A stretch of 64,000 bases of DNA from Methanobacteriota archaeon. GTDB lineage: Archaea; Thermoplasmatota; Poseidoniia; Poseidoniales; Thalassarchaeaceae. A model generated the notes under the pieces. It did no database searches. It had not been told where the DNA came from and saw only the letters and a list, made by a program, of their open reading frames with translations. Where the stretch lies: the NCBI GenBank assembly GCA_014240285.1, contig JAAZXI010000003.1:398-64397 (forward strand). Reading direction: 5' to 3'. Below are positions 24,949 to 35,049 of this stretch, piece by piece. The position numbers and the translations under genes were made by a program. Every line of letters starts with the position of its first letter. The stretch's first letter is position 1.

Positions 24949-26166
24949 GTGCACCGAGGCAGCAGAGGCGCTCTAGCAGTAATCTTCGCGATGTTGATGC
25001 TGACACCTGTGGCCAGCGCTAGTTCTGCTGTCGGACTGTATGATAAAATCAGTCTGTCTGAGCATGATCTCGGATTAAACGGGGCTGCTGTGGACCCTCT
25101 TGGAGAATGGGCAATAGTCTTCGGAGCCGACTCATACCTAGAACTAGTGTGGGCCTCTGATCCAGATGACAGAGTGGAACTGATTTGGAACGGCGGCGAG
25201 GATTTGACTTATGGTGACTTTCATCCCGGAGGCCAGACAGCCCTCATCGTAGGCAGTGAAGGGCAGGTCCTCAGATATGCACGCGAGGACCACTCGGTAA
25301 CAGACGCCGGAGGGGACCTAGAGTTCGATCAAATCAGGTTGACTGCAGTGGCATGGAACTCAGGGGGTTCATGGGCCTATATTGGGGGTTCCGACGGCTG
25401 GCTTTGGAGGATGAGGGCCGCCGCTGACGGTGGTGCCGAGGTACATCTGATTCAGGGCAGAGGGGCGAGTGACATCACAGGAATAGACTGTCATCCCTCG
25501 GTGATGGCCTGTGTAGTCACCAGTCTGGTGGATGGCATCGGAATAATCGACAGGGACCATACTCTATACTGGTTAGGCGGTACTGGCCATCCTTGGTCTG
25601 ATGTCGTCTGTCCCACCGGCGATATGGCAGAATGCGTCGCCGTCTCCAGCGACAGGAACATCGCGAGGGTTACTCTGAACGCAGACGTCGCGTCGACCTC
25701 TGATGTGAGGTTGGTGCAAGTGACTGAAGCCGAGGGCTACTTCACCGGGATATCGCATCAGAGCGATGACCGGTCTCTGATCTACATGGCTCCCTTCGGC
25801 CTGATTGAGCACGACCTGAGCTTGAATTCGTCCTTCCCTTGGCTGGAGAACTCAGATGCTGTGGAATACGACACGGATGTCTCAGGTAGTCGGATAGTAG
25901 CGACATGGGGCACTGACAGAGACAGTGGGTGGATACTGACAGACCGTGGTGAGCTGGTGCATTACCACCCGCAGTACTCAAACGCCTTAGGAGGAGTGTT
26001 AGAGGTATGGGTACTCATTGCCATCCCTGCTGTTACACTGTTGGTGTTACTTAGTTTCGCGCTCAGCCTCTCTCCGGGCCTCCAGCAGCGGTTCACCTTG
26101 CGATTCGGCACAGTCGAAGAGAAGCGGGCGGCACGCCGAGAGGCACGTAGGAAGAAGGGGAGATAG
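24949..26166 (+). CDS. Secreted beta-propeller-like protein with a C-terminal TM anchor and basic tail
   Basis: It has a signal peptide (ALAVIFAMLMLTPVASASS) and repeated beta-rich segments. The C-terminal TM is VWVLIAIPAVTLLVLLSFAL, and the tail ends RREARRKKGR. The start codon is GTG. Confidence 0.5.
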   Translation: MHRGSRGALAVIFAMLMLTPVASASSAVGLYDKISLSEHDLGLNGAAVDPLGEWAIVFGADSYLELVWASDPDDRVELIWNGGEDLTYGDFHPGGQTALIVGSEGQVLRYAREDHSVTDAGGDLEFDQIRLTAVAWNSGGSWAYIGGSDGWLWRMRAAADGGAEVHLIQGRGASDITGIDCHPSVMACVVTSLVDGIGIIDRDHTLYWLGGTGHPWSDVVCPTGDMAECVAVSSDRNIARVTLNADVASTSDVRLVQVTEAEGYFTGISHQSDDRSLIYMAPFGLIEHDLSLNSSFPWLENSDAVEYDTDVSGSRIVATWGTDRDSGWILTDRGELVHYHPQYSNALGGVLEVWVLIAIPAVTLLVLLSFALSLSPGLQQRFTLRFGTVEEKRAARREARRKKGR

Positions 26167-26213
26167 CCGAGCAATGTTCATTTGCGCCGCACTGTCGCGG
26201 AGTGTTGAGGAAG

Positions 26214-27386
26214 ATGGCGTACGAGGCTTTGGACTTCTACGATATCGATTCACTGCTGACCGATGAGGAACGCATGGTACGCGACATGGTACGCGACTGG
26301 GTGGATGAGAAAGTCATCCCAAACATCGAGAAGGCCTGTCGCGATGGTGTATTCCCTGATGAATGGCGAGTTGACCTTGGCGAAATGGGCATTCTCGGCG
26401 CCCCCCTGGATGGCTACGGCTGCCCTGGACTCTCGTACATCGCTTACGGACTAATCTGTCAGGAGTTGGAGCGTGGCGACAGTGGTGTGCGCTCTTTCGC
26501 CAGTGTTCAGGGCTCACTAGCCATGTACCCAATCTGGGACTTCGGAAGTGAGGAACAGAAGAACTACTACCTCCCGAAGATGACTACTGGCGAGTGGATT
26601 GGATGCTTTGGCCTGACTGAGCCCGACTACGGCTCAAATCCCGGTGACATGATTACCCGGGCCGAGGACAAGGGGGATCACTATCTGCTCAACGGTGCGA
26701 AGATGTGGATAACCAACGGCACTACTGCGGACCTAGCCGTGGTGTGGGCCAAACTCGACGGCGTAATCCGCGGCTTCATAGTCGAGAAGGGGGATCCCGG
26801 ATTCACAGCCCCAGAGATGACTGGGAAGCACTCACTGAAGGCTAGCGTTACCAGCGAACTGGTGTTCCAAGACTGCATAATCCCCAAGGACAGGATGTTA
26901 CCGCATGTGAAGGGACTGAAGGGGCCTTTCAGTTGCCTCAACAATGCCCGTTACGGAATATCTTGGGGAGCTGTAGGGGCCGCGCAGTCATGCTTTAGTT
27001 CGGCCAGAGAGTACGCCCTGAGCAGGATACAGTTCGACCACCCCATAGCGTCTTTCCAACTGGTTCAGAACAAGTTGGCGTGGATGCTGAGAGAGATTAC
27101 TAAGGCCCAGTTGCTGGCATACCACCTAGGCAAGAAGAAAGATGACGGGACGTGGATAGCAGAACAGATCTCATTGGCCAAGATGAACAACGTCGACATC
27201 GCACTCGAGATAGCTCGTATGGCCCGTGATATCCACGGTGCCAACGGAATCCTAGATGAGTATCCGGTGATGCGGCATATGGCCAACCTAGAGTCGGTCA
27301 AGACCTACGAAGGCACTCACGACATTCACAACCTGATTCTCGGTCGCCACATTACCGGGATACAGGCATTCACCAGAGAGCCTTAG
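26214..27386 (+). CDS. Glutaryl-CoA dehydrogenase
   Basis: Motifs are YDIDSLLTDEERMVRD, GCFGLTEPDYGSNPG, GAKMWITNG, KASVTSEL and YEGTHDIHNLILGR, which are typical of the GCDH subfamily. Confidence 0.85.
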   Translation: MAYEALDFYDIDSLLTDEERMVRDMVRDWVDEKVIPNIEKACRDGVFPDEWRVDLGEMGILGAPLDGYGCPGLSYIAYGLICQELERGDSGVRSFASVQGSLAMYPIWDFGSEEQKNYYLPKMTTGEWIGCFGLTEPDYGSNPGDMITRAEDKGDHYLLNGAKMWITNGTTADLAVVWAKLDGVIRGFIVEKGDPGFTAPEMTGKHSLKASVTSELVFQDCIIPKDRMLPHVKGLKGPFSCLNNARYGISWGAVGAAQSCFSSAREYALSRIQFDHPIASFQLVQNKLAWMLREITKAQLLAYHLGKKKDDGTWIAEQISLAKMNNVDIALEIARMARDIHGANGILDEYPVMRHMANLESVKTYEGTHDIHNLILGRHITGIQAFTREP

Positions 27387-27469
27387 GTTAGGGTTGGCGT
27401 TTCCCACCTACGGTGGGACTGCCGAAAATTCATAGAGGGGGCTTTAGTCGCCGAAGCACTGGTGATGAC

Positions 27470-28231
27470 ATGGGAATAGCAGTTCTACTCAAGCAGGTCC
27501 CCGATACCACAGCTAAGATTAGCGTATCTGGAGGGAGAGTCGATGAGTCTGCTGTCAACAAGTGGTCGATGAGTCCGTACGACGAGTACGCGCTTGAATC
27601 CGCCCTCCAACTCAAAGAATCAGGAGGAGGCGACTTAGTTGCCATCACTTGTGGACCGTCTAGGGCTGCTAAGATGCTAACAGATGCTGCAGCCGTCGGT
27701 GCCGACTCACTGCTCCACATACTCGTAGAAGACATAAGTGGCCTTGATAGCACTCAGGTGCAGTCCATTCTGGCTGCTGCTGTTGCCCACTCCGGTTCTG
27801 ACATAGTGTTCTGCGGCAAGCAAGCCGCCGACACCAACGCTGGCTCAACCGGCCCAGGAGTGGCACATCTGATGGATGCGTCATGCGTCACCATGGTCTC
27901 TGAGGTAGTCTCTGATGGCAGCTCCCTTACGGCCATGCGCGCCAGTTCGGATGGCAACGAGAGAGTCGCTGTTTCAGCTCCATGCGTCTTCGCCTTCGAC
28001 AAGGGCATCATCGAACTACGTCGACCTAACGTACGAGGTATCATGATGGCCAAGAAGAAGGTCGCAGAGACACTGAGTCCTGCCGATCTTGGCGTAGATA
28101 TCTCGGTTTCATCGGTTTCTATCATAGGCCACAATCCTCCACCGCAGAAACCCCCAGGACAGAAGTTCGAGGGTGCAGATTCTGTAGCAGCGGTAGTGGG
28201 AAAATTGCGCGACGAGGCGAACGTCATCTGA
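27470..28231 (+). CDS. etfB: Electron transfer flavoprotein beta subunit
   Basis: From ATG 27470 the N-terminus is MGIAVLLKQVPD. It also has MSPYDEYALE and CGKQAADT. Confidence 0.9.
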   Translation: MGIAVLLKQVPDTTAKISVSGGRVDESAVNKWSMSPYDEYALESALQLKESGGGDLVAITCGPSRAAKMLTDAAAVGADSLLHILVEDISGLDSTQVQSILAAAVAHSGSDIVFCGKQAADTNAGSTGPGVAHLMDASCVTMVSEVVSDGSSLTAMRASSDGNERVAVSAPCVFAFDKGIIELRRPNVRGIMMAKKKVAETLSPADLGVDISVSSVSIIGHNPPPQKPPGQKFEGADSVAAVVGKLRDEANVI

Positions 28232-28240
28232 GGTGAGAGA

Positions 28241-29161
28241 ATGGATGTCACGGTGATAGCAGAAACCTCTGGAGACAGATTGCACCCGGTCACCGCCCAG
28301 CTCGTAGGAGCTGTAGTATCCATAGGAGGCACTCCGACAGTGCTGTGCGCTGGAGGAATGGGGGCTGCCGAAGCCGCTTCTATCTCAGGAGTAGCCAAGG
28401 TAATCTCAGTAGTTGGAGACTGCTTCGGGACCTTTGACGGCGGTGCATGGGCAGAGGCTCTGAACGCAGTTACCGGAGGTGACGTGATAATCGCCGCTGC
28501 GTCATCAACAGGACGTGAGATTGCTGCCACGATGGCTGCGATGCGTGGCATCCCAATTATTCAGGACGCGACCAATCTAGCGCCCGGGATATCTGTGACC
28601 CGTCCCATTTACTCTGGCAAGGCAATCGAGACTTCGACAGTAACTACGCCATGCGCCATCACCCTTCGGGCCAATGCCTTCGATGCCGCAGGAGGAGGTG
28701 GTTCGGCAGAGGTCAGTACGGTGAACCAGAGTGCTGACGTGGCCGTAGCCGTGAGAGAAGCCATTGCCAAAGCCAGCGAGAGACTGGATGTCGCAGAAGC
28801 TAACATCATCATCTCCGGTGGCAGAGGAATGGGGGATCCTGCGAATTTTTCTTACCTCAACGAGATTGCAGACATAATCGGTGCCGCCGTAGGTGCCAGC
28901 AGAGCAGCGGTAGACACTTGGGAGGAGATACCTCATGACATGCAGGTCGGACAGACCGGGAAGACGGTTACTCCGAGCCTGTACATCGCAGTTGGCATCA
29001 GTGGTGCGATACAGCATCTGGCCGGGATGAGGACGAGCAAGTACATCGTCGCCATCAACAAGGATCCAGATGCTCCCATATTCGGTGTGGCTGACTACGG
29101 AATCGTGGCCACATGGGAGGATGCGCTTCCTGCCCTCAAGGTCGAGTTAGGAAAGCTCTGA
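28241..29161 (+). CDS. etfA: Electron transfer flavoprotein alpha subunit
   Basis: Motifs are [47 protein letters not shown] and [13 protein letters not shown]. Confidence 0.9.
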   Translation: MDVTVIAETSGDRLHPVTAQLVGAVVSIGGTPTVLCAGGMGAAEAASISGVAKVISVVGDCFGTFDGGAWAEALNAVTGGDVIIAAASSTGREIAATMAAMRGIPIIQDATNLAPGISVTRPIYSGKAIETSTVTTPCAITLRANAFDAAGGGGSAEVSTVNQSADVAVAVREAIAKASERLDVAEANIIISGGRGMGDPANFSYLNEIADIIGAAVGASRAAVDTWEEIPHDMQVGQTGKTVTPSLYIAVGISGAIQHLAGMRTSKYIVAINKDPDAPIFGVADYGIVATWEDALPALKVELGKL

Positions 29162-30649
29162 TTACCGGACTTGCACGGTTATCGTCGACTTGCTCGAGGC
29201 ACCTCGATCATCGGTCACTGTCAGATGGAACACGTGGACTCCGCCTGACAACCTTACACGGACTTGCGAGGCATCTCCGATGACCCTCCCACTCCCGTCC
29301 TCCCAAGCCCATCCTCCGATGCTTCCATCCGGGTCGTAGGAGCGCCCCCCGTCCAGTAACACTGTGGCCTTGCCTTCCTCGTCAATGTCCACCGTCCTGT
29401 CTTCGCCGGCATCTGCCACAGGTGGTAGGTTAATCGCTCGTGCCGCGGCCGAGAGATTCTCGAGCAGGTCGCTCTCTACGGCCGGCTGGCCAACCTCAAC
29501 CTCCATCTCCTCGTGCAGCGTGTCCAGAATACCTTCAGCCCCCTCAGGCATATTCGGCCTCATCTCAACCTGTCTCTGCTCCTCATCGGATAGTGCTCCC
29601 GAGTACTCCTCAGAGATCGAGGTAACTTCCTCTTCCGCATGCATATCGTCGTACCTAGGTGGTGAATCGGGGTCGATGATGACAAGAGGTGCTGGTTTCC
29701 TACCCTTCCTGTCGTCGCCCATAAGCGCGACCCTCTCGCCTAGAGGAAGGATGTGCTCGACTACCCCGATGTGCTCGAAATGCCATACCACCTCGCCCTC
29801 AGTGGTGATTCGGAAAACATCGAACCACGAGGCGACTAATATATCGTCACCCCACTGTACGATTTTCGAAATCTGGTAGTCCAATCTAGTGATTACCCTA
29901 GGATCCGATTCGCCTATGTCGAGAGAAAGAAGACTGCCGTCGAAGCAGCCCACTATTGTGCCAGATTCTGTAGGCAGCAGAGCCGTAGCTCTGGAAGGGA
30001 GTTCTGAAGTGTTCAGTAGCCCCAACTCTCGGTGCCAGCACTCAAGCCTGTTCTCAGGCCTGTCGTCGACAGTCATCCCAAGAGAATTGCGCGCAACCAG
30101 AAGGACCCCGTCGTGACGAAATGCCATTCCCGATATGGTCTCAACATCGTCCTCGGCGGCGGGCGAGTCATGCAACACCTCGAGTGCTGGTCCGAGAAGC
30201 AGCAGCCTGCCGTCCTCAAGGGCAGCGGCGCATACTCCGTCGGGCGCGCATGTGAGAGATATGACGTGTCCGACCTCTGCTTGGGCGACTTTACTTCCAT
30301 CTTCTGCTAGAGAGACGAGCCGTCCAGAGCCATCAGCCACTACCGCATGGAACGATGACGCTGTCACCGCCTCGCACCCGGATTCCAATGGATGAATCCA
30401 GAGAGGTTCATTGTTGAATGCTTGAACGCCGCCGGTGTTGGTGCCAGCGACCAAAACGCCTTGCAAGCTCGCGAGTCCTACTATGCGACTGTCCAGTACG
30501 GCGGAGTCGATGACTACTCCTTCGGAACCGTAAACATGGAGAGTTCCCGAGTCGAATCCCACTGCGAAGTTGTCCTCTGGGAGTGTGCAGAAGCAGCGGG
30601 CCACCTCATCCAACTCGATGATTGCCAGTGCGTCAATGACTCCCCTCAT
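29162..30649 (-). CDS. Beta-propeller repeat protein with an acidic linker and C-terminal PKD domain, with no evident signal peptide
   Basis: The N-terminal 330 aa or so contain repeated beta-rich blades. The C-terminus reads ADAGEDRTVD...DGGRSYDPDGSIGGWAWEDG...HVFHLTVTDDRGASS, a PKD signature. I set the start at ATG 30649 to clear the purF 3' end. Confidence 0.6.
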   Translation of the reverse strand: MRGVIDALAIIELDEVARCFCTLPEDNFAVGFDSGTLHVYGSEGVVIDSAVLDSRIVGLASLQGVLVAGTNTGGVQAFNNEPLWIHPLESGCEAVTASSFHAVVADGSGRLVSLAEDGSKVAQAEVGHVISLTCAPDGVCAAALEDGRLLLLGPALEVLHDSPAAEDDVETISGMAFRHDGVLLVARNSLGMTVDDRPENRLECWHRELGLLNTSELPSRATALLPTESGTIVGCFDGSLLSLDIGESDPRVITRLDYQISKIVQWGDDILVASWFDVFRITTEGEVVWHFEHIGVVEHILPLGERVALMGDDRKGRKPAPLVIIDPDSPPRYDDMHAEEEVTSISEEYSGALSDEEQRQVEMRPNMPEGAEGILDTLHEEMEVEVGQPAVESDLLENLSAAARAINLPPVADAGEDRTVDIDEEGKATVLLDGGRSYDPDGSIGGWAWEDGSGRVIGDASQVRVRLSGGVHVFHLTVTDDRGASSKSTITVQVR

Positions 30650-30674
30650 AGACTCCTGAGGAATCGTTGCGACT

Positions 30675-32198
30675 TCATTCTGCCGCGTCGGCGTGCTCAA
30701 CCGAAGATTCACTCTTGGCGGCATCATTTCGTGCGCCCTCTATCCTCGCTAGGTACTCCTCGGTAATTCCTCCGGTGACATATACTCCGTTGAAGCAGGA
30801 ACAGTCGAAGTTTACCAGATTATGGTCTCCCGTCCTTAGGCATGCCTCAACGAGGTCTGGTAGCTCCTGATAGATTAGCCAATCAGCACCGATGGCCTCC
30901 CTGATCTCATCGTTAGTCCTGTCATGGGCGACGTACTCATCGCGGGCCGGCATGTCGATGCCGTATACGTTCGGATGCACGATAGGGGGTGCCGAGGATG
31001 CAAAGTATACTTGTTTAGCGCCGGCCTCCTTGGCCATCTCGACTATCCTTTGTGATGTGTTACCTCTGACTATGCTGTCGTCAACAATCATCACCGTCTT
31101 ACCGGAGAACTCCTCCTCTATCGTGTTGAGTTTTTTCTTGACCGAATCCTTACGGATAGACTGACCTGGCATGATGAATGTCCTGCCTATGTAGCGGTTC
31201 TTGACGAAACCCTCTCGAAACGGCACACCCATCTGAGAGGCCATCTCCATGGCGGCTATCCTGCCGCTGTCCGGTACTGGGATCACCGCATCGATACCAT
31301 GCTCGGGGCGCTCTTTGAGGGCCCTCCTAGCCAAAGCCGCCCCCATCCTTAGCCTCGCCCCGTGTACAGATATACCGTCAATGGTAGAGTCCGGGCGAGC
31401 GAAGTAGACGTGCTCGAAAATGCAGGGGGTGTGAACCGGCTCAGCGTGGCAAACCTTGGATGAGAACGAGCCGTCCATCTTGGCTATCACCGCCTCACCG
31501 GGAGCGACGTCTCGATCAGTTTCGAATCCCAAAGCGGAACAGGCCACACTCTCCGATGCAAATAGGCGCTCGGTGAAGCCGCCGATCTCGTTCTTACCCA
31601 TGAATAATGGCCTGATTCCATTAGGATCACGGAAGGCCACTATCCCCCATCCCGTAATCATGGTGACTACGCTGTAACTGCCCTCGGCCCGGAGGTGTGT
31701 ACGTTCTACGGCGCGGAAGATATCGTCCTCGGTGAGTGCCTCCATACCTCCCGGTCGGCCGTTAACAGATCGCTGAATTTCAGCGGAGAAGAGATTCAGT
31801 AGGGCCTCGGAATCGGAACTGGTGTTAATCCTCCTGTGGTCATACTCGAGTAGGCTGTTGATGATGTCAGTGGTATTGTTCAGATTGCCATTGTGGGCGA
31901 GGCTTACTCCGAACGGGGTGTTGGTGTAGAAGGGCTGAGCCTCGGCCGCTGAGCCTGAGCCTGCTGTGGGGTAGCGAACATGCCCGATTCCCATCGACCC
32001 TATGAGCTTGGACATGTGCTTCGACCTGAAGACGTCTCTGACTAGCCCATTGGCCCGACGGTGTGAGATGTTGTCGGAATCACTGGTCACTATTCCAGCG
32101 GCGTCCTGCCCACGGTGTTGCAGTACAATCATGCCGTCGTAGATGCAACCTGCGACCTGAGAGCCCGGATCCCCCAAGATCCCGATGATGCCGCACAT
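30675..32198 (-). CDS. purF: Amidophosphoribosyltransferase
   Basis: MCGIIGILG at ATG 32198 supplies the Ntn Cys. Other motifs are LQHRGQDAAGI, IGHVRYPTAG, AHNGNL, DSE and VDDSIVRGNT. Confidence 0.95.
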   Translation of the reverse strand: MCGIIGILGDPGSQVAGCIYDGMIVLQHRGQDAAGIVTSDSDNISHRRANGLVRDVFRSKHMSKLIGSMGIGHVRYPTAGSGSAAEAQPFYTNTPFGVSLAHNGNLNNTTDIINSLLEYDHRRINTSSDSEALLNLFSAEIQRSVNGRPGGMEALTEDDIFRAVERTHLRAEGSYSVVTMITGWGIVAFRDPNGIRPLFMGKNEIGGFTERLFASESVACSALGFETDRDVAPGEAVIAKMDGSFSSKVCHAEPVHTPCIFEHVYFARPDSTIDGISVHGARLRMGAALARRALKERPEHGIDAVIPVPDSGRIAAMEMASQMGVPFREGFVKNRYIGRTFIMPGQSIRKDSVKKKLNTIEEEFSGKTVMIVDDSIVRGNTSQRIVEMAKEAGAKQVYFASSAPPIVHPNVYGIDMPARDEYVAHDRTNDEIREAIGADWLIYQELPDLVEACLRTGDHNLVNFDCSCFNGVYVTGGITEEYLARIEGARNDAAKSESSVEHADAAE

Positions 32199-32244
32199 CG
32201 GATACCATTGGGCCCTAGTGGTTCGGAACTTAGCCCTTTCCGGC

Positions 32245-32430
32245 TCACTTACGCGCACCCATCAATCGAGAGCGCTTGTTCCACCGGTACTTGCGTATCC
32301 TAGCGGTGGCACCATAGCCGCAGTGAGCGCAGACGCTCTTGGTCTTGTGATACGAATGCCTGCCGCAGCGTCGACAGCGGATGTGTGTCGACTTCTGCCG
32401 CTTGCCCATGCTCGGAGTTCCCTTTGACAT
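32245..32430 (-). CDS. rpl37e: Ribosomal protein L37e
   Basis: The sequence [40 protein letters not shown] is a canonical L37e zinc ribbon. Confidence 0.95.
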   Translation of the reverse strand: MSKGTPSMGKRQKSTHIRCRRCGRHSYHKTKSVCAHCGYGATARIRKYRWNKRSRLMGARK

Positions 32431-32495
32431 CTCCACCACCTAGGACAGCGCGGCGACCGAAGGGAGTGTTATGAGAGTTACCCAAGCGAAACGAG

Positions 32496-32840
32496 TTACT
32501 CGGAGTCCAACAAGACCAGTAGCGGGTCTTCGGGGCGTTTGCGTAATGATGCCCGTAGGAACAAGTAGGTGGACACCAAGAAGACGAGCGGTAATATATC
32601 AATCAAGGCCAACACACCCTCGGACATCGTCAGTCTAAGAGCGACGCTGTCGGCAGCTATGCCGGCGGTATGGGCGAACAAGTAGGCAGAAGCGAGGATG
32701 ACAGCCGTAGCACCCAGCACCGGAATGGCGGGTCGGTGATACGGGTTCAGGGTGCCTATCATGGCGAGAATTACAAACAGAGAGATCAGAGCGGCCGTGC
32801 CTGCAAAGGCCGAAATCGCCGATTCGAACTCAGGGTTCAT
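32496..32840 (-). CDS. Hypothetical membrane protein
   Basis: It has three predicted hydrophobic helices. Its ATG overlaps the stop of the upstream membrane-protein gene by 11 nt (ATGAACCCTGA). Confidence 0.45.
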   Translation of the reverse strand: MNPEFESAISAFAGTAALISLFVILAMIGTLNPYHRPAIPVLGATAVILASAYLFAHTAGIAADSVALRLTMSEGVLALIDILPLVFLVSTYLFLRASLRKRPEDPLLVLLDSE

Positions 32841-33369
32841 CCGCCACCTCCAGATGCCTCCTCAAGACGCTCTCGACGTACTTCCTCTCCTTCTCGGACA
32901 GCCTCTCTGTCTCGGGTTCCTGAGGAGTCGTCCTCTCAGCTGTGCGGACACACAACGTGAATACTGTGAGAGATAGTAACACCCCAAGCAGAGTGCTCAC
33001 CCACCTTAGGGCATCCAACGGGACCAGGCTCATGACTGAATAATACTGGTACCATGCCACTGCAATCAGAGTCCAGCCAGCCAACAACGGTGCCGGTCGC
33101 GTCTTCCAGTACAATGGCGCTCCCATGAGTACAAGTGCCGAACCGGCCAGAGCGGGCAGGAGCCACATAGCGGCACCAATAGCAGCCGTCACCACTCCTG
33201 ACTCGGGTTGAGGAGGCTCCTCGATTCGGAACAGCATCACCGCCAATCCAAGCAGTGCCACGGGAGCCCCGAAAGAGTGCCGTCTGAATGCGGGCCCAGT
33301 TCTGTGCATGCTGATGCCGATGACAGCGACGGACAAGCCGAGCCACATCTGAGCGGCCCACAGAGACAT
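32830..33369 (-). CDS. Hypothetical membrane protein
   Basis: It has about five hydrophobic helices and a charged C-terminal tail (ERLSEKERKYVESVLRRHLEVADEP). I recognised no family. Confidence 0.45.
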   Translation of the reverse strand: MSLWAAQMWLGLSVAVIGISMHRTGPAFRRHSFGAPVALLGLAVMLFRIEEPPQPESGVVTAAIGAAMWLLPALAGSALVLMGAPLYWKTRPAPLLAGWTLIAVAWYQYYSVMSLVPLDALRWVSTLLGVLLSLTVFTLCVRTAERTTPQEPETERLSEKERKYVESVLRRHLEVADEP

Positions 33370-33506
33370 GGTCCGCTGCGCGTTGGCGCATTACATCGTA
33401 TTTGTGCAATCGGCCTATCGTGAGGTTCCTGCTACGCAGGAGTCTCGATAGACTTCATAAACGGGTCATCGGTGGCCGCGACGTCGCAAGACGCTAAGGT
33501 GGAGAC

Positions 33507-33788
33507 ATGGTGAAGATGCCGCGGACGGTCAAGCGCTACAGCCCCGCGGCTGGCAAGCACACCAAGCACACAGTCGAACGCGTCAAGAAGCGACGTGCTA
33601 GCGAACTGAAGTGGGGTCAACGCCGCTTCCGCCGCGTCACCGCAGGATATCGCGGTTTCCCCCGGCCAAAGCCGTCCGGAGATAAACCGACCAAGCGAGT
33701 GAACCTGATTTACCGGTGCCAAGAGACCGGAAAGGCACACTCCCCTGCCGGGAAGCGTGCTAGGAAGTTCGAGCTAGTCGACAAGTGA
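33507..33788 (+). CDS. rpl44e: Ribosomal protein L44e
   Basis: Motifs are MPRTVKRYSPAAGKHTKHTV, GQRRF, GYRGFPRPKP and KRVNLIYRCQETGKAH. An AAGGTGGAG Shine-Dalgarno-like element lies just upstream. Confidence 0.95.
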   Translation: MVKMPRTVKRYSPAAGKHTKHTVERVKKRRASELKWGQRRFRRVTAGYRGFPRPKPSGDKPTKRVNLIYRCQETGKAHSPAGKRARKFELVDK

Positions 33789-33798
33789 TTGAGGTGAG

Positions 33799-33972
33799 AT
33801 GATGAGTGGAAGGTTCCTTCGTGTGAATTGCCGTGATTGCGGTCACGAAGCCATCATCTTCGAGAGGGCATCAACCTCGATCGCCTGTTCCATCTGCGGT
33901 GCGACACTTGCTCGCCCCGCAGGAGGCAGGGCGGACTTGTCAGGCAGCACGATTGTAGACGTCCTCGAGTGA
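33799..33972 (+). CDS. rps27e: Ribosomal protein S27e (57 aa, below the ORF-track length cutoff)
   Basis: My own translation is MMSGRFLRVNCRDCGHEAIIFERASTSIACSICGATLARPAGGRADLSGSTIVDVLE. It shows the C-x2-C...C-x2-C S27e ribbon and sits in the canonical position between L44e and eIF2alpha. Confidence 0.9.
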   Translation: MMSGRFLRVNCRDCGHEAIIFERASTSIACSICGATLARPAGGRADLSGSTIVDVLE

Positions 33973-33986
33973 AAGGGGCGTTTCAG

Positions 33987-34769
33987 GTGAGTTCTGTTGA
34001 TTGGCCCGAAGAGGGTGAACTGCTGATTTGCAAGGTCCGGAGTGTCAAGGAGAACGGTGCCTACCTCAACCTCGAGGGATACGAAGGTAGAACCGGTTTC
34101 GTCTTCATCGGAGAGGTCGCCTCCGGCTGGGTCAAGAACATCGGTACCCATCTGAGAGAAGGCCAGCGTGTGGTCGCCAAGGCGATTCAGGTGAAGCGCT
34201 CCAAAGAGCGCATCGAGCTCTCGATAAAATCTGTCTCCGAAGAGCGTAGGAGGGCCACCCTGCAGGCCTGGAAGAACCGTAAGCGGGCCAGCCAGATTAT
34301 GCGAGTTGTAGCCGAGAGAGTCGGCTGGGATGAACAGAAGACGGTCGAAGTCTGCGATGAGATGCGCGAGGTCTTCGGGACTCTGTATGGGGCTCTTGAG
34401 GAATGCGCCATGAACGAGAATGTTCTGAGTGAATCCGGTTTCACCGGAGATTGGATGGCTGTGGTCACCGAACTCGCAGTGGAGAACATCGTACCTCCAT
34501 TCGTCGAGATTCGTGGCGAGTTCGACCTGCAGGTTTGGGGGCCTGAAGGAGTCAATGCGATTCGCGAGGCGTTGCAGGCTGCAGAAGCCTGCGCCGTAGA
34601 CCTTGAGGAGGTCACGCTGACTTGCCACTACGACGGGGCCCCTCACTACAGAGTGGACATTCGGGCCCCGGACTATCAGGCGGCGGAGTCCGTATGGGAA
34701 GCCGCACAGAAAGTTGCCTCGGAGCGTATATCCTCGGCCGAGGGCTCAATCTCTGTCGAACGCCTCTGA
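33987..34769 (+). CDS. eif2a: Translation initiation factor 2 alpha subunit
   Basis: The S1 domain reads WPEEGELLICKVRSVKENGAYLNLEGYEGRTGFVFIGEVASGWVKNI. I chose the GTG at 33987 because the upstream part of the ORF overlaps rps27e in another frame. Confidence 0.9.
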   Translation: MSSVDWPEEGELLICKVRSVKENGAYLNLEGYEGRTGFVFIGEVASGWVKNIGTHLREGQRVVAKAIQVKRSKERIELSIKSVSEERRRATLQAWKNRKRASQIMRVVAERVGWDEQKTVEVCDEMREVFGTLYGALEECAMNENVLSESGFTGDWMAVVTELAVENIVPPFVEIRGEFDLQVWGPEGVNAIREALQAAEACAVDLEEVTLTCHYDGAPHYRVDIRAPDYQAAESVWEAAQKVASERISSAEGSISVERL

Positions 34770-34830
34770 GTGATACAAACGAGGCACAGACTTCATTGAC
34801 TCTTCCTAGCGGTCGCTGATTGAGGATAGG

Positions 34831-35049
34831 ATGGTTCGCACCAGATTACAGCGCTGCAGTTCCTGTGGCGAGTATGGCTTGTCCACGAGATGTAAGGAAT
34901 GCGGGGCTGCTATGGTAGCCGTATCGCCGATGAAATACTCTCCAGAGGACCCGCAGGGGGCAAGACGCAGGAAGAGGCTCGATGTTGGCAGCGAGGAGTG
35001 GCTAGCATCTCTCCCGACACCTAGAGATGATGGAAGTGAAGAGGAATGA
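34831..35049 (+). CDS. nop10: H/ACA RNP protein Nop10
   Basis: Motifs are LQRCSSCGEYGLSTRCKECG, SPMKYSPEDP and RRRK. Confidence 0.9.
   Translation: MVRTRLQRCSSCGEYGLSTRCKECGAAMVAVSPMKYSPEDPQGARRRKRLDVGSEEWLASLPTPRDDGSEEE

Noticed and set aside
27754-28551. A 265-aa minus-strand ORF antisense to etfB and etfA.
   Set aside because: It is Ala/Ser/Pro/Thr-rich and low in complexity, with no motif. It lies entirely opposite two confidently identified genes. This is the usual shadow ORF of GC-rich coding DNA.
33843-34646. A 267-aa minus-strand ORF antisense to rps27e and eIF2alpha.
   Set aside because: It lies opposite a conserved ribosomal and translation operon. It has no recognisable domain and a shadow-frame composition.
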